A DNA stretch of 64,000 nucleotides, taken from Malacoraja senta. Lineage: Eukaryota. Of the stretch, positions 12,602 to 24,690 are shown one piece after another. Position numbers and translations under genes: made by a program. Under the pieces are notes generated by a model. It was not told the DNA's origin and ran no database searches. It was given only the letters and a program-made list of their open reading frames with translations. The stretch lies in NCBI GenBank assembly GCA_038087875.1, contig JAXLNO010002682.1, positions 186,001 to 250,000 of the forward strand, given 5' to 3'. How positions within the stretch are numbered: the stretch's first letter is position 1; each line of letters begins with the position of its first letter.

Positions 12602-13829
12602 CTATCAATGAATGAAGGTAGATTAAAATGAATGCCATCATCAGTTTAATGTAAACTATTTCCAATTTTTTAAACTTAAATACCATTTAAAATACATTAA
12701 AGACTATGATAATCAAGAACATCAACAAATATCTACCCCTCCCTATGACATGTCCCTGATATTGCAGATAATCAATAATCCACACATTCAAAGGTTTCGT
12801 TGGAATTGGTCTGACAAATCATAAAATGTGTTCCCACCTTCTGTCAGTCACCAGGCTTGTGAAATATCTTGATTCACTTCTCCAAATACACCATGAAAAT
12901 GAAAATTGCCACGTGGTCTGTTGGACCTTGCAATGGGTTAACATTTATTCAGTACATTGAAAACAGTTAATGGTTCACAGAGACAGCTTGCAACTGAACA
13001 GTACCATACCTTAGTTTGAAAAGATCATCATTGGAAACTGTTTCTCCTCAACTGCTGGATGATCAATTTAGAGTCCTCACAAACATCTGTTTTTCCTTCT
13101 GTATATCTAGTTTATTTAATGTGATCAGTTGACCTATTGTCTCTAGATGAGTCACTTACCAAACCCCTCCCCCATACCTCCTCCTTACAAATTGGCCCAG
13201 TCCAATTTATTTCACTGTTTAATTAGATGATCCATTAATGTGATTAGAGATAGAAATGAGAGGTATGGTTGTCCATGGAAACTAGGGAATTAGTTCTGAG
13301 TTCTAAACTTGTTACATTATTTATTAAATGAATAGTCCATGGTATAGAATATTTATTTAATATTCGATGAGCACAATGGTCCACTCCACAATGGCATGGA
13401 TATGTCAGTAAATATCATGCAAAATGCTGGTGTTTATCAATATTACCACATCTAACTAAGAACGTTAAGATTTCCACAAATATACATAGTTATAAGCTGG
13501 CAACTGGTCAAAGTCCAATTCTGGAATCCTGATGGAGTTTAGAAGGGGACAGGATTTTGCTACAAATGCCCCACACTTGCTAAAGAATTCAGTGCTAGGC
13601 AAATGGAGGAACAACTGTCCTTTTTTCCCCTTGTTTTTATCGGAAGTGAATGGATAAAGCAGCCTTCAGAAGATGTCTTTAAGGGAGAAAATGGTTAGAT
13701 TGCAATGTAAAAAATAAACTTTTTAATCCTCCAAGAATATTCTTACAATTTTAATTTGTAATATTTTGAAGGCTTATTTCTTATACTTAATGGTATTTAA
13801 GTTTTAATGATGAATTTGTGTTTTTTTCA

Positions 13830-14300
13830 GGATGTAAAGAGGCTTCTCAGGAATATGGTTAGGCTGAATGCCAGCGGATGAAATATAACTTGGGAAAATT
13901 CTGAGGTCATCCATATTGGTGAATTAATAAGAAAAGCAGAGTATTTATAAATGGTGAGAGATGTGCAGTTGCTGTTGTGCAAAGGAAAACAGGTGAGCTT
14001 GGCAGCCTGAGTACAAGGAGTTTAGAACAAAGGTTCACAGTGTCAGAACAAAGGGTAGGCTGTGATCAGGATGAAGAGAAATGTTTTCTCTCAGAAGTTG
14101 ATGAACTAAGATTCTCTACACCAAAGGGTTGTGGAGGCTTAGTTATTGTATTAATTCCAAAACAATATTAACACATTTCTAGGAATCAAGGGATGCAGCA
14201 GGAAGATGGAATTGAGGTGGATTATGTATGATCTTGTGAAAGATAAAGCAGGCTCAAAGAACTGGATGACCTACTCCTACTTAATACTTTCTTATACATT
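13830..14300 (+). mobile_element. Old CR1 3' fragment
   Basis: Degenerate CR1 RT C-terminus and 3' UTR (ggctcaaagaactggatgacctactcct). Confidence 0.6.
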
Positions 14301-14478
14301 GTTTCAGTGTTTTAACATTATATGGGTTTTTAATTTTTTTAACTTCCCATTTTGTTTATTTTCAAAGTCTAAAAAAAATATTTTTTAATGCTTCAGAATA
14401 TCGCAAACTGTTAGTTTGTGCATTTTAGTGCAATGACATTCTGGCAACATGATTTAGCCAGCTGTCAACATCTGTTCT

Positions 14479-14624
14479 TGGGGTGGAAGATTGCAACCTT
14501 CATGTGGTCCGCCCTGTTTCGACTAATGCAATCAACTCGACGTGCACAAACGGAAGATCAAATAGAACAAGTTGTCCAACAACTTTAGGCTGTGCACACC
14601 ACACGTAAGAAGAAGAAGAAGAAG
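14479..14624 (+). mobile_element. 5'-truncated retroposon with (AAG)n tail, possibly RTE-type
   Basis: 9-bp TSD atctgttct at 14470-14478 and 14625-14633; (aag)n 3' tail. Confidence 0.7.
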
Positions 14625-15539
14625 ATCTGTTCTCTATTCTTTGGAGGTGGAGCTTGGATTAGCTGCTCCAGAAATTCCATCACCGTGCAGCAGGCCCTTT
14701 TTCTGATTGAGGCATTCTCATTGTTTCTGCCTGCATGGAGGGTTGCCAAAGTATAAGCCCATTTTTTGGTTCAGATGTCAGAGGTGGCCAACATAACTCC
14801 CCTCTTTTTGCAACATGAGTGAATTTGCCATAAACCACTGAGAATTTCTGACAGTGGTTAATAAATTCTTCCTCATTGATTGTACCATTGCTTTGCTACC
14901 CATACTTGGATATCATTTAATCTAAATGCAGGAACAATTTCTTTAAACAAGTGAAAATCTCTGGTAAAATATTATGTCCATATTGTGCTGTAATTAACAT
15001 ACCAGCTCAGGACTTCTAACCTTTTCTAGCATTAGTTGTATTATTACATTAGCAGTGTTTGAAATTTGCTGTATTTTCAAAATACAAACTGCTTATTAGA
15101 AAACTCATGCCTCATTAGTTGGCAGGATCTAATTTCAGAGCTGGTCAGTCAGCTATCAAATCTATTGAGCAACTGACATTGACATATTTCGGACTATAGG
15201 GTGGTCATGGGTTATGACAAACTGGCAGGAACGTAGAGATGAGGCCAGGATCATATCAACCTTTATCTTATTCAGTGGCAGTGTAGGCTGGAAGGTCTCG
15301 TTTTTATGTTCTTATGTAAATGATTGACGACAATAATTAATTGTCTTAATACTTGTGGTCTATCTATAGTGAAATTATGAGCAAACATTTGCGATATCAC
15401 AGATGCAGGAGAAAAATAAGTCATGTGCTCCTGATATTTCAAATTGCATATTTCATTGATAATGATAAAGGAAAAGATGAAAATGCTCAAATCAGTTCAG
15501 TAGCAGATTGGTTGAGGCGAGGAGACAATATTGGTGTTT

Positions 15540-16340
15540 GGAAGGTTATAGAATTGAATTTAATCAAATGGGCAGGGCTTTGAACAGTCAATTTCAGCCT
15601 GGAAATATCTTATGATATCCTCATAATACCCGGTGCATGAGTGGTTTAAATTATGGTGGCAGGTCAGCAAGTGGAGGTTCTGATGGGAACTGATGGGAGG
15701 ACAAAGTTTATGACATGTAAGTCTCAAAGGAAGGGCAAGCAGGAACAGATTAATGAACACGGTGAGCCTGATGAGACAACGTGTGTTTATTTCAATGCAA
15801 TGAGTATTATAGCTAAAGTGGTTGAACCTACAGCCTGGATGAGTGCAAGGTACTATGATGTTGTGGTCATTACAGAGACTTGGTTGCGAGAGGGACAGGA
15901 CTGGCAGCTCAACATTCCAAGGTTTCCAAGTTTCAGATGTGATGGAGATGGAGCTAAAAGGCGTGGAGGATTTGCAATACTAATCAGAAAGCATGACGCA
16001 GCTGCACTCAGAATGGACAATTCATCAACAGAAAATTCATCCATTGAGGCTATATGGGTGCAGCGCCATAGAAAGAAAGGAGCATTCAGTCTGATGGAGT
16101 TATATTATAGATCTCCCAATAGCCAGTGAGAGATAGACATATGTAGACAGATTATAGAAAGATGTAAAAGCAACAGTATTGATGTATTTGGTGACTTCAA
16201 TATTGACTTGGACTTCCTTAGTGCAGGAGGCTTTGAAAGTGTGTGGATTATCGAACTGGAGGAGGAACCATTTGGACCATGAACTGGAAAACAGGCATGC
16301 AAAGGTGACTGACATTTCCGTGGGAGCGCATTTTGGGGAA
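15540..16340 (+). mobile_element. CR1 ORF2 5' fragment (APE endonuclease)
   Basis: ORF 15653..16129: CVYFNAMSI, YDVVVITETWL, RRGGFAILIR, YYRSPN; followed by a GDFN-like motif. Confidence 0.85.
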
Positions 16341-16631
16341 TTGATGGGATAAACTTGGATGAGGGGTGCAGGAGAAGATACCTTTGGTCTAATTATTTTT
16401 TAACGTGTCATTTTTAACTCTTAGTTCTGCCAACTGGAAATTTTGAGTGGGTTCGTGTAAGATATTCCAAGATCTACAAACATAAAATCATGCTCCTGGA
16501 GAAGGGAAAGGGACAATAACATCTTAACGTGTCTGAATCACTGGCTAATAAGTCTAATATTTTCTGTCTTATAAATGTTAACCTAGAACAATTTGACTGG
16601 AGCATCTACATATAATAAAGTAAATATTTAC

Positions 16632-16843
16632 TTCATATGAGGCACTGGTGACTCAATCTGTGACTTCAGCTCCACAAGCTTGTCTTCCATCAGTTTATTT
16701 TCTTCCCTCAGTCTCTGCATGTCAAGTTTCGTCTTCTCAAAACTGTCCACTGCCTCTGCGCTGATGACCAATGAATTGTGAAACAAGATGCTGGTGTCGG
16801 TTTCTCCGATCTGACTTCTAAATCCAGAATCATTGAAGGATCT
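16632..16843 (-). CDS. PDE4DIP: PDE4DIP exon (RSFNDSGF...SPVPHMK), 212 nt
   Basis: tttacag|AGA ... AA|GTAAAT, phase 0-2; ORF 16628..16855. Confidence 0.82.
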
Positions 16844-17067
16844 CTGTAAAGACAAAAAGATTCATTTGCAACTGGAGAAATTACTTGTCACAGTATGAAC
16901 GGACCCAAGAGAGCAGCTAATCTGTGAAACTGGTACAACACATCTTCAGTTTACTTGCTTAAATATCCTCTTTCAACTTTAATATTCTTGTGAGCCTTGA
17001 ATATTACCAGCCTCTTTTTTTTCCCTTGTGCATGATGAAAATATGTAACAACAAATCTAATTTTAAA

Positions 17068-17187
17068 TATAGAAACATAGAAAATAGGTGCAGGAGGAGG
17101 CCATTCGGCCCATCGAGCCAGCACCGCCATTCATTGTGATCATGGCCGATTGTCCCCAATCAATAACCCGTGCCTGCCTTCTCCCCA
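17068..17187 (-). mobile_element. CR1 3' end
   Basis: Near-identical to 7934-8055. Confidence 0.85.
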
Positions 17188-17513
17188 TTGTGTGCTGTGA
17201 AGATGCCATAATTAGAGAAAGAAACATTGCTAAGATTTGTGGTCATGATGTGGTCCAGCTATTTCCACTGGAATTCTACACTGTGAATATTGTGCGATAT
17301 AACTTTCAGTTTAGTTGCAAATCCCTCGTGGTCAAGTAGGTTGCCAGCACTGAGAGCCATGCACAAAGAATGGGTTGCAACTTAATGGAATGCAACAACG
17401 GAAGCATGCGTCAATGGGAAATCAATGACTATTCAGGAAGAGATGAGAAACAAAGAAAAAGAGTCCACCTGATCAAACTGAATGTATCACAAGTTAGCAC
17501 AGTACAGCAGCAG

Positions 17514-17687
17514 TTTAGTTTAGAGAAAGAGCACGGAAACAGGCCCTTCGGCCTACTGAGTCCGCACCGACCAGCAATCCCCGCACGCTAAACACTCTCC
17601 CAAACTCCGTACAGACAGCACCCGTGGTCGGGATTGAACCGGAGTCTCTGGCACTGTAAAGCAGCAACACTACTGCTGTGCCACCAC
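17514..17687 (-). mobile_element. V-SINE with internal deletion
   Basis: Head and tail match the 2447-2760 copy. Confidence 0.8.
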
Positions 17688-18337
17688 CTGAATATGAAGA
17701 TGTGGAATATCAATTTATAATTCATCCTGTATTTGTGGGACACACAACTTTTTGGTGTTGACTTTTTTTCCACCATGAATTATTTAATTTTCCACCCATT
17801 GCTGAAGCGAAATTTTGTATTTAAAACTGTTAAAACATTTTAAGCTCACATTCATTTGTGGTTTCACACGTAAGACACTTTTCTTTATCAGTAAATATGA
17901 ATAAAAACCATGAGAATGTAATTGATTCTCTCCATAGTCCCAATGGCTGCATCTCAACCAACCCAAATTATATTGAGACTCTGCCATTTCTCAGGATTTT
18001 CTGGACATATATTATTTCCCTTTCCTGTGCAAACAATGAATGTTGGAAATACTCAATATATCATGCATCATCTGTAGAGAAGGAAACAGTTTCTGCTCAA
18101 TGCCCCCTACAACAAAATTTAAGAGTTTATGATGAAAGGTCATTCACCTCAAATGATAACTCTCTCTCTCTCCTCTGACATTGCCTGATTTGCCAAGTGT
18201 TTCCAGTATTCTGCTTTTATTTTAGATTTACAGCCTCTGCATACAATTTTAATATAATTTTTGAACCTTCATCACAAATTAAAACATTTCCCACCCAGAT
18301 TGTGCTACTGAGCTTCCACTGCAGCCTTTGATGTTAC

Positions 18338-18438
18338 CTGATGGTTTTTCTCCACAACTTCTGGATGTTCATTCAACAATTGAATGTTGTGTGTACACCG
18401 AGTGCTCTCGTCACCCTCGGCATTCTCATTGTAGTTCT
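18338..18438 (-). CDS. PDE4DIP: PDE4DIP long-isoform exon (ENYNENAEGDES...EKNHQ), 101 nt
   Basis: ttgcag|AG ... CAG|GTAACA; phase 1-0 fits both neighbours; open frame. Confidence 0.75.
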
Positions 18439-18607
18439 CTGCAAGAGAATTCAAGGCAGATGCTTGTCATGGACATATAAAAGGATGCTTATGCCCATTA
18501 TCTCTTCTTGATTAAAATGAACATAATAAATTAATAAACATGAAAATTGCTTTAAAATATTATCTTGATCAACTACTACCTTGTTAAAAGAACTTGCTTT
18601 CTCACTC

Positions 18608-18762
18608 TTAGCTCTTAGGGCTAAAGGAATCAAGGGATATGGGGAAAAAGCCAGAACGGGGTACTAATTTTGGGTGATCAGCCATGATCATATTGAATGG
18701 TGGTTCTGGCTCGAAGGGCTGAATGGCCTACTCCTGCACCTATTTTCTATGTTTCTATGTTT
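18608..18762 (+). mobile_element. CR1 3' end
   Basis: gggctaaaggaatcaagggatatgggg...cctattttctatgtttctatg. Confidence 0.85.
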
Positions 18763-19966
18763 CAATTGAAGATGTGTGTTCTGAAATGGTGGTATTTATC
18801 TTTTCTGGAGATTTAAATACTAAAAAATGTTCTATTCATTTCCCGTTTCATGCTGTTGATTAAAACTATCAATCCCACATTCACAGGCAAATGAAATCTC
18901 GGCTGAGTTATAATATTGTGAACGTTATAATATGTTATAATGCTTTACATTAGCAAGCTGAAAGTTGCTACTGTTACATTCCTGGAACCTCTAATTGAAC
19001 TGCATTCTAATCAGATGCTGAGCAAGTGATAGATCAGTTCCAGTTCAGTTCAGCCGACTTCACCTGCTTTTTTCTAACTTTGCTCATCAAACCATAGACA
19101 AAAGTGGTTTAAGTGCCAACAAGAGTACAAAGCATATTTAAAAGCCTATCAAAATGGAGACATATTTGTGAACGTCACTTATTAGTGCTTAAGTATAGAT
19201 AGATGTACAGCAACAGAATGAATCACGTTGCAATAGATGCTTGAGGATTTTTTTCCCATGTTGCTTGTTTAAAATGAATACGAGTTGCTGGAACACAACA
19301 GTTTAATGGCTTTCACTGCACTAGAGTATTACCCAGAAGTCTGAGGAAGGCATTCAAGCTGAGGTTTGAATATGCTGCTTCAGCAAACTTCATAAATTTG
19401 GAATTTATGCACTGTGGTGGATGCTGAGCTTTTAGAAACTAATGCGGCAAGAAAATATTCAGCAAAACCAGAGGCACTCTGGAATGTTTTTGCACAAGTA
19501 TTCCACTATTCAATTTAAATAGTTTTCCCAGGTGGAATTGATTCTCACAATTCTATCATCATCTGCAGAATCACTGCAATGCCAGGTGTCTACACCAAAG
19601 ACATTCAATGTAATTGGGAATAAACACGAATACCAGGTATTTGCACTGGTATACTGTACATAAACCTAGCTTACAAAGCAAATTAGTATCAAATGTTTCC
19701 ATTAACAGTGGATGCAGGGTTTCTGATGCAAGTATGTTAGGAACATGTACTTTTATTCAATGAGGATCTTATTTACTCAGACCATTACCATGATGGTTAA
19801 ATTACTGGATTAGTAGTGATCCAACACATTAATTCAAATCTCACTACACTGGCTGGGAAACTTAATTTTATTAAATAAATTTGGAATTTAAAATAAGCTG
19901 CTTTCAGTAATGGTGACTGCAAAAGTACTGGTTGTCATTAAAAATCCATGATAGTTAATCAGCCTT

Positions 19967-20097
19967 TGTGTAGGAAGGAACTGCAGATGCTGGTATAAAC
20001 TGAAGACAGACACAAAAAGCTAGAGTAACTTAGTGAGTCAGACAGCATCTCTGGAGAAAAGGAATAGGTGACGGTTCGGTCGAGACCCTTCTTCAAT
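19967..20097 (-). mobile_element. Penelope terminal unit; further copies at about 501-617, 20740-20833, 29295-29415 and 63905-64000, older variants at about 18035-18240, 27470-27565 and 53630-53715
   Basis: Shared motif tgtgtaggaaggaactgcagatgctgg...gacacaaaa.gctggagtaactcag...cagcatctctggag...gtgac...gacccttcttca. Confidence 0.75.
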
Positions 20098-23000
20098 CTG
20101 CCCTTCCCTCATTGTGGCCTTTATAATTCCAGCACCACACCAGTATACATGATTGTTAACTGCCTTCCAATAATGGCCCCAAAAGCCACTTAATTAAACC
20201 AAACAACTGCAGCAAAACAAGAATAAAACTTTACATGTGATGTGAAAGATATTTAATCTTTCTCACAGGCTGGCCAATAAACATCCTGAGAACCATATTT
20301 TCTACCAATGAATGTGATATCATCCACAAAATGTACCAGAACAATTTATCAAAAAAAATCATTAATCTCCTAGCCTGACAGTTCCACAACCTAGTGGAAT
20401 GGTGTAAAGGGGGCACGGTAATAGTGCCATCTGTAAGTATGCCGTCCAGTCTTATATGATTCAGAGTTGGAAATATATTGCTGCTCATCAATACCGTTAC
20501 TGTTGCAAGCACTTGAACTGATGAGACTAACATCCTGGGCATTGGTTCCAAAACCAGTTCAAACATATTTGTGGAGATTCCATCACACGATCTTCTGCCT
20601 CCAACTCCCAGTAATCCCAAACCTCCCAATGGTCAGATGTCACACGGTGGCTCATTAGCCTGCTGCACTACCTACCAACAACAGGCAGATTAGCAACAGA
20701 TTTAATGTTATTCAATTAACTTTTTCATCTTTAAAAAAAGGACACAAAATGCTGGAGTGAGTCAGTGGGTCAGCGAGCATTACCGGAATATATGGATAGG
20801 CAACTTTTCGGGTCAGGACCTTTCTTCAGACTGCTCCCCTTTCTGACTTTTTTTCTTGTTGTCATTTGATATTAATATTGGACAACCTTTCTGTCCCATG
20901 TCCAATATTTTGAAAACTGATTTAAAGAAACTTGCACTTAAATAATATATTTTTAAAAACCCTATGATTTTTTTCCCCCCAATCCTTTTCTTCCCATTAT
21001 GTCCCCTAGATTGCTGGGAGTGGAGTCCAAAACAACCCTGGACAGTTAGCAACCTTAAATTGGCCTTATTTATAAAATTAACTTAACAGCCGGTGGTTTC
21101 TCCCTGAATAACTCTGGTCTTAGAAAAGGGCAGAAAATTGAAGAGGAACATAATGAAAGTCCTGCCTGTAGTTGACAATTTATAGATAACTAGCTGAAGA
21201 CTTCATGAATTAGACAGCTGTTTATTTAAGCATATACTTTCAGCATGTGTGTTATTTTCATTTAGCATCACCAATTGGGAATGCTCATCATGAAACTGTT
21301 TTTTGAAGTTTTTCTTTCCATTGCTTTATTTTTAGGTCATCAGTGGCAATGTTTGTATTCATCGCCCATCTTCAAATGCTCAGTGAGAAGGTGCTGTTAA
21401 GCCCTCTCCAACTGAATGGTTTGCTGGGCTATTTCAGAGTCCCCCATGTGGAGCCTTATGGCACTACATTACTGAACTAGATCTGGTTGTTGTTGTTCCA
21501 CATTCCAACTTTTAACTGAATGTAAATTCCACAGCAGTCGTGGTGGGTCTCAAGTTTCGATCACCAGATTATTAGGTTACTACAGTGGTAATTTAACCTC
21601 TCTCCTCCACCATCCCCAGTTTACAAAACAAAAATATCTGACTTGGCTGTTATCATTCATATAGTTTCTGATTCTCAGTGTGATCGAGGAGCAGTGTTTA
21701 AACACATCTGACTAGCTGAGTTTTAATCTTATCACACATTCATTTTCAAGTGAACATGAAACCCACAGGAAATAAGCTTGGTTTTAATTTGTACCATACA
21801 ATGATGATCTCACATAAAACATGCAGGATTATGGGGTGATTGGGGGAAGAGGCTAGTTGCTATAGCTAACAATAATGACACTTCAGTTTCCTGTCTGTTT
21901 GGTTCTGAAAGTCTATTAGTCTGCAACACATGTCTGTCATGCATGCCACATTCACACAGCGTAACAATTCATTTATTTTGGAATGCTTCACTTCTGGGTC
22001 AGTTTTCGCAAACAGGATTCAGGCAAAACCATTAGGTGTCACCATTGTTACACCACAAAGTTGACAGCAAATCTCTGAGATTAACAGAGGAATTCAAAAG
22101 TCTGTGTCGATGGTTCTTTATTCTTCCACAGAGAAGAATTTTTGGAGATTGCTGTAGCACAATGTTGCAGGAGGTACAAGTGACTTTTTACTAACTACGA
22201 GCTACAATTACAACAACCTGTCTAGACCAAGAAACTAGATCTGTGTACAAGCATTTTCTCATATTTTAAAGTTCTCTGGTTTATGTTTTTTTTCCATCAA
22301 AAAATATTTCATTTTTGCCCTCATTCTCATGTGTATGGCCCAGAAATGATTTTGGATTCTGTAACATGTTTACAATACCTTCTACTGCCAGGTTTTCCAT
22401 CTATGTAAATGCTTAAATATTATTGACATTGTTATTGAATGCCATCGATCACCTAGGACCAAGGCCTGACAGCAACCAACATTGGGGAAGGGGAGGTCTG
22501 CACCACAAGGTTGCTAGATTATGTTGCATATTTTTTTTGCTTAATTCACTGAAACAAAATCCAGGGTTTAGCATTACAGGAACTGCAGGAATCAGATTCA
22601 ATGTTCTTCCTGTTATCTGGAAGGAAGATTCATGCTCAGGGACTTCTGATTGCCTGTAGTCCCCCTCGAACCAACATAAATAGGAACATGCATCTTTGCA
22701 AGCTGCAAAAGGGAAGACTGAGCCAAATCTAATCTTATCTCATTTAACGTTGTCCATTAGCATTTTCCAATAGAGACTACTGGACATTTGAAAGAAAACC
22801 TGGCTGATTCTTTCCCACTGCACTGCACTGAATTTGCGCACTCTTTCACCACCTCCTTCCCCAAGCACATTGTAATTGACAAATAACTAGAATGCAAGCA
22901 GCAAGAACTGAAATGGAATTCGCAACTTTCATGTTGAACACTAAACAAATTCGTTTTTGGAGTGTCTTAAAACTATTAAGTAAATGGCATTTCCTAATCC

Positions 23001-23704
23001 TGGGATCAAATATTGTTCCTGTTGCACACAGAACAAATTGGTTTGAAGTATTTTAAATGTTATTTTATTATGGACTAGAAATTGCTCTATCATTATTCAT
23101 CACAATCCATTAATGCATGGAAACAAAGAACGAATCAGGGGGGGGGAAAAAACACATTCTCATTGCACAGTCCGGGTTAGTTGTAGCAACGTTTACCAGC
23201 ATTCTTATTGGTTTTTGAACTGCCTGCCATAGCTCAAAATACAATAAATACTCCACAGGCTTATAATATTGATCACACATTTGTCTTTTCGTCGCCAAAA
23301 GTATTAATTGTTTTCATGCAGATGTGCATTGTAGTTGCTGCATTCATCAAGGGAAGTAGGGTGGCCACTGTTCTAATTAGTTCTATAAACTGGATACCAT
23401 TCTCAAATCAGTAGGGTGGCCAGACAAGTTCTTTCCCTACTCCAGTCTTTTGAAATGTTTTCTTTAACCAAATATCAGCAAGAAAGGAAAGTGTTTTATT
23501 TACCCTTTGTGCATTTCCAGTTTGCAGAACAGAGTGGCCAGATATCAACCTCTTTTCACTTCCAGCTTCCACACCCAATTCACCCTCTCCCTTCCTATAT
23601 GCCCACCCAACCAAAAGCATTAACAGCTTAAGTAAGGTTCCAAGGGCTCTGGCTATTTTTCCATACGTTTGCTTGACACTAGCTATTAGCAAGATACTGC
23701 AGTA

Positions 23705-24690
23705 GGTAGAATCATACATTATCGAAACAGGCTCTTCCGCACAACTCATCTAGGCCGACCAAGATACCCATCTAAGTTAGTCCTATTTTCCCCTGCTTGA
23801 TCCATATCCTTCTCAACTTTTTCTATCCATGTACCAGTTTAAATGTTTCTCAACGTTTTCTATCCATGTACCAGTCTAAATGTTTTTTTAAATGTTGTAG
23901 TTATATCTGACTGATCCACTTTCTTTAGCATCTTGTTCCAAATATGTACCAGTGTTTGTGTGAAAGTTCTCCCTCGGGTTCCTATTAAATCTTTCCCTTC
24001 ACCTTAAAACTATGCTCTCTAGCTGTTGATTCCCCAACCGTGGGAGACTGTGTGCATTCATCCTTTCAATGTCCCACATTATGTTATACACTTCTTTCAA
24101 AAATCACCCTTCAGTCTCCTACCAACCAAGGACTAAAGACTGAGGCTGCCCAATCTCTCCATTTTACTCAGACCTTCTAGTCCTTGCAATATTTCCTGTA
24201 GAAGGGTGTTCACAACTGAACACAATATACAGGTAGGCAGACAAAAATGCTGGAGAAACTCAGTGGGTGAGGCAGCATCTATGGAGCGAAGGAATAGGTT
24301 ACATTAGGTGAAGACCTTCTTCAAACTCTATAGGTGACGTTTCGGCGCACCATAGATGCTGCCTCACTCACTGAGTTTCTCCAGCATTTTTGTCTACCTT
24401 CAAGTTTTCCAGCATCTGCAGTTCTTTCTTAAACAATTTACAGGTACCTTGTGCAGCCTCACCAAAGTCTTGTACAATTGCAACATACAGTCCCAATTTC
24501 TATACTCAATCCACTGACTAATGAAGGCCAGTATACCACCCTGTCCATCTGCGATACCACTTGCCGGACACTATGCACTTCTACTCCAAGGTCCTGTTCT
24601 ACAACATTCTCCAGATCTTTATCATTCATTGTGAAGGTTCTGCCGAGAATTGGTTCTAAGTGTCTATCTTCATTATCAGTTAGTATGGCT
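23705..24690 (-). mobile_element. Degenerate CR1 3' fragment, interrupted by a hairpin Penelope unit
   Basis: ORF 24459..24710 (EQDLGVEVH) and CR1 3' UTR. Confidence 0.8.
24236..24432. mobile_element. Inverted-repeat Penelope terminal unit with TSD
   Basis: Arms at about 24238-24283 and 24349-24397 are reverse complements. TSD acaatatacaggta / acaatttacaggta at 24222-24235 and 24433-24446. Confidence 0.75.

Noticed and set aside
13010-13160. Donor-like sites (GTATGG, GTAAGT) and a purine-rich stretch upstream of exon 12601
   Set aside because: All three frames contain stops; no support as a coding exon.
20231-20658. 132-aa minus-strand ORF in the large intron
   Set aside because: No recognisable motif, no phase-compatible splice sites, and composition unlike the neighbouring exons.
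23816-23890. Short tandem duplications (also 2388-2418, 31482-31518, 56136-56182)
   Set aside because: Ordinary slippage or repair duplications within or next to repeats.
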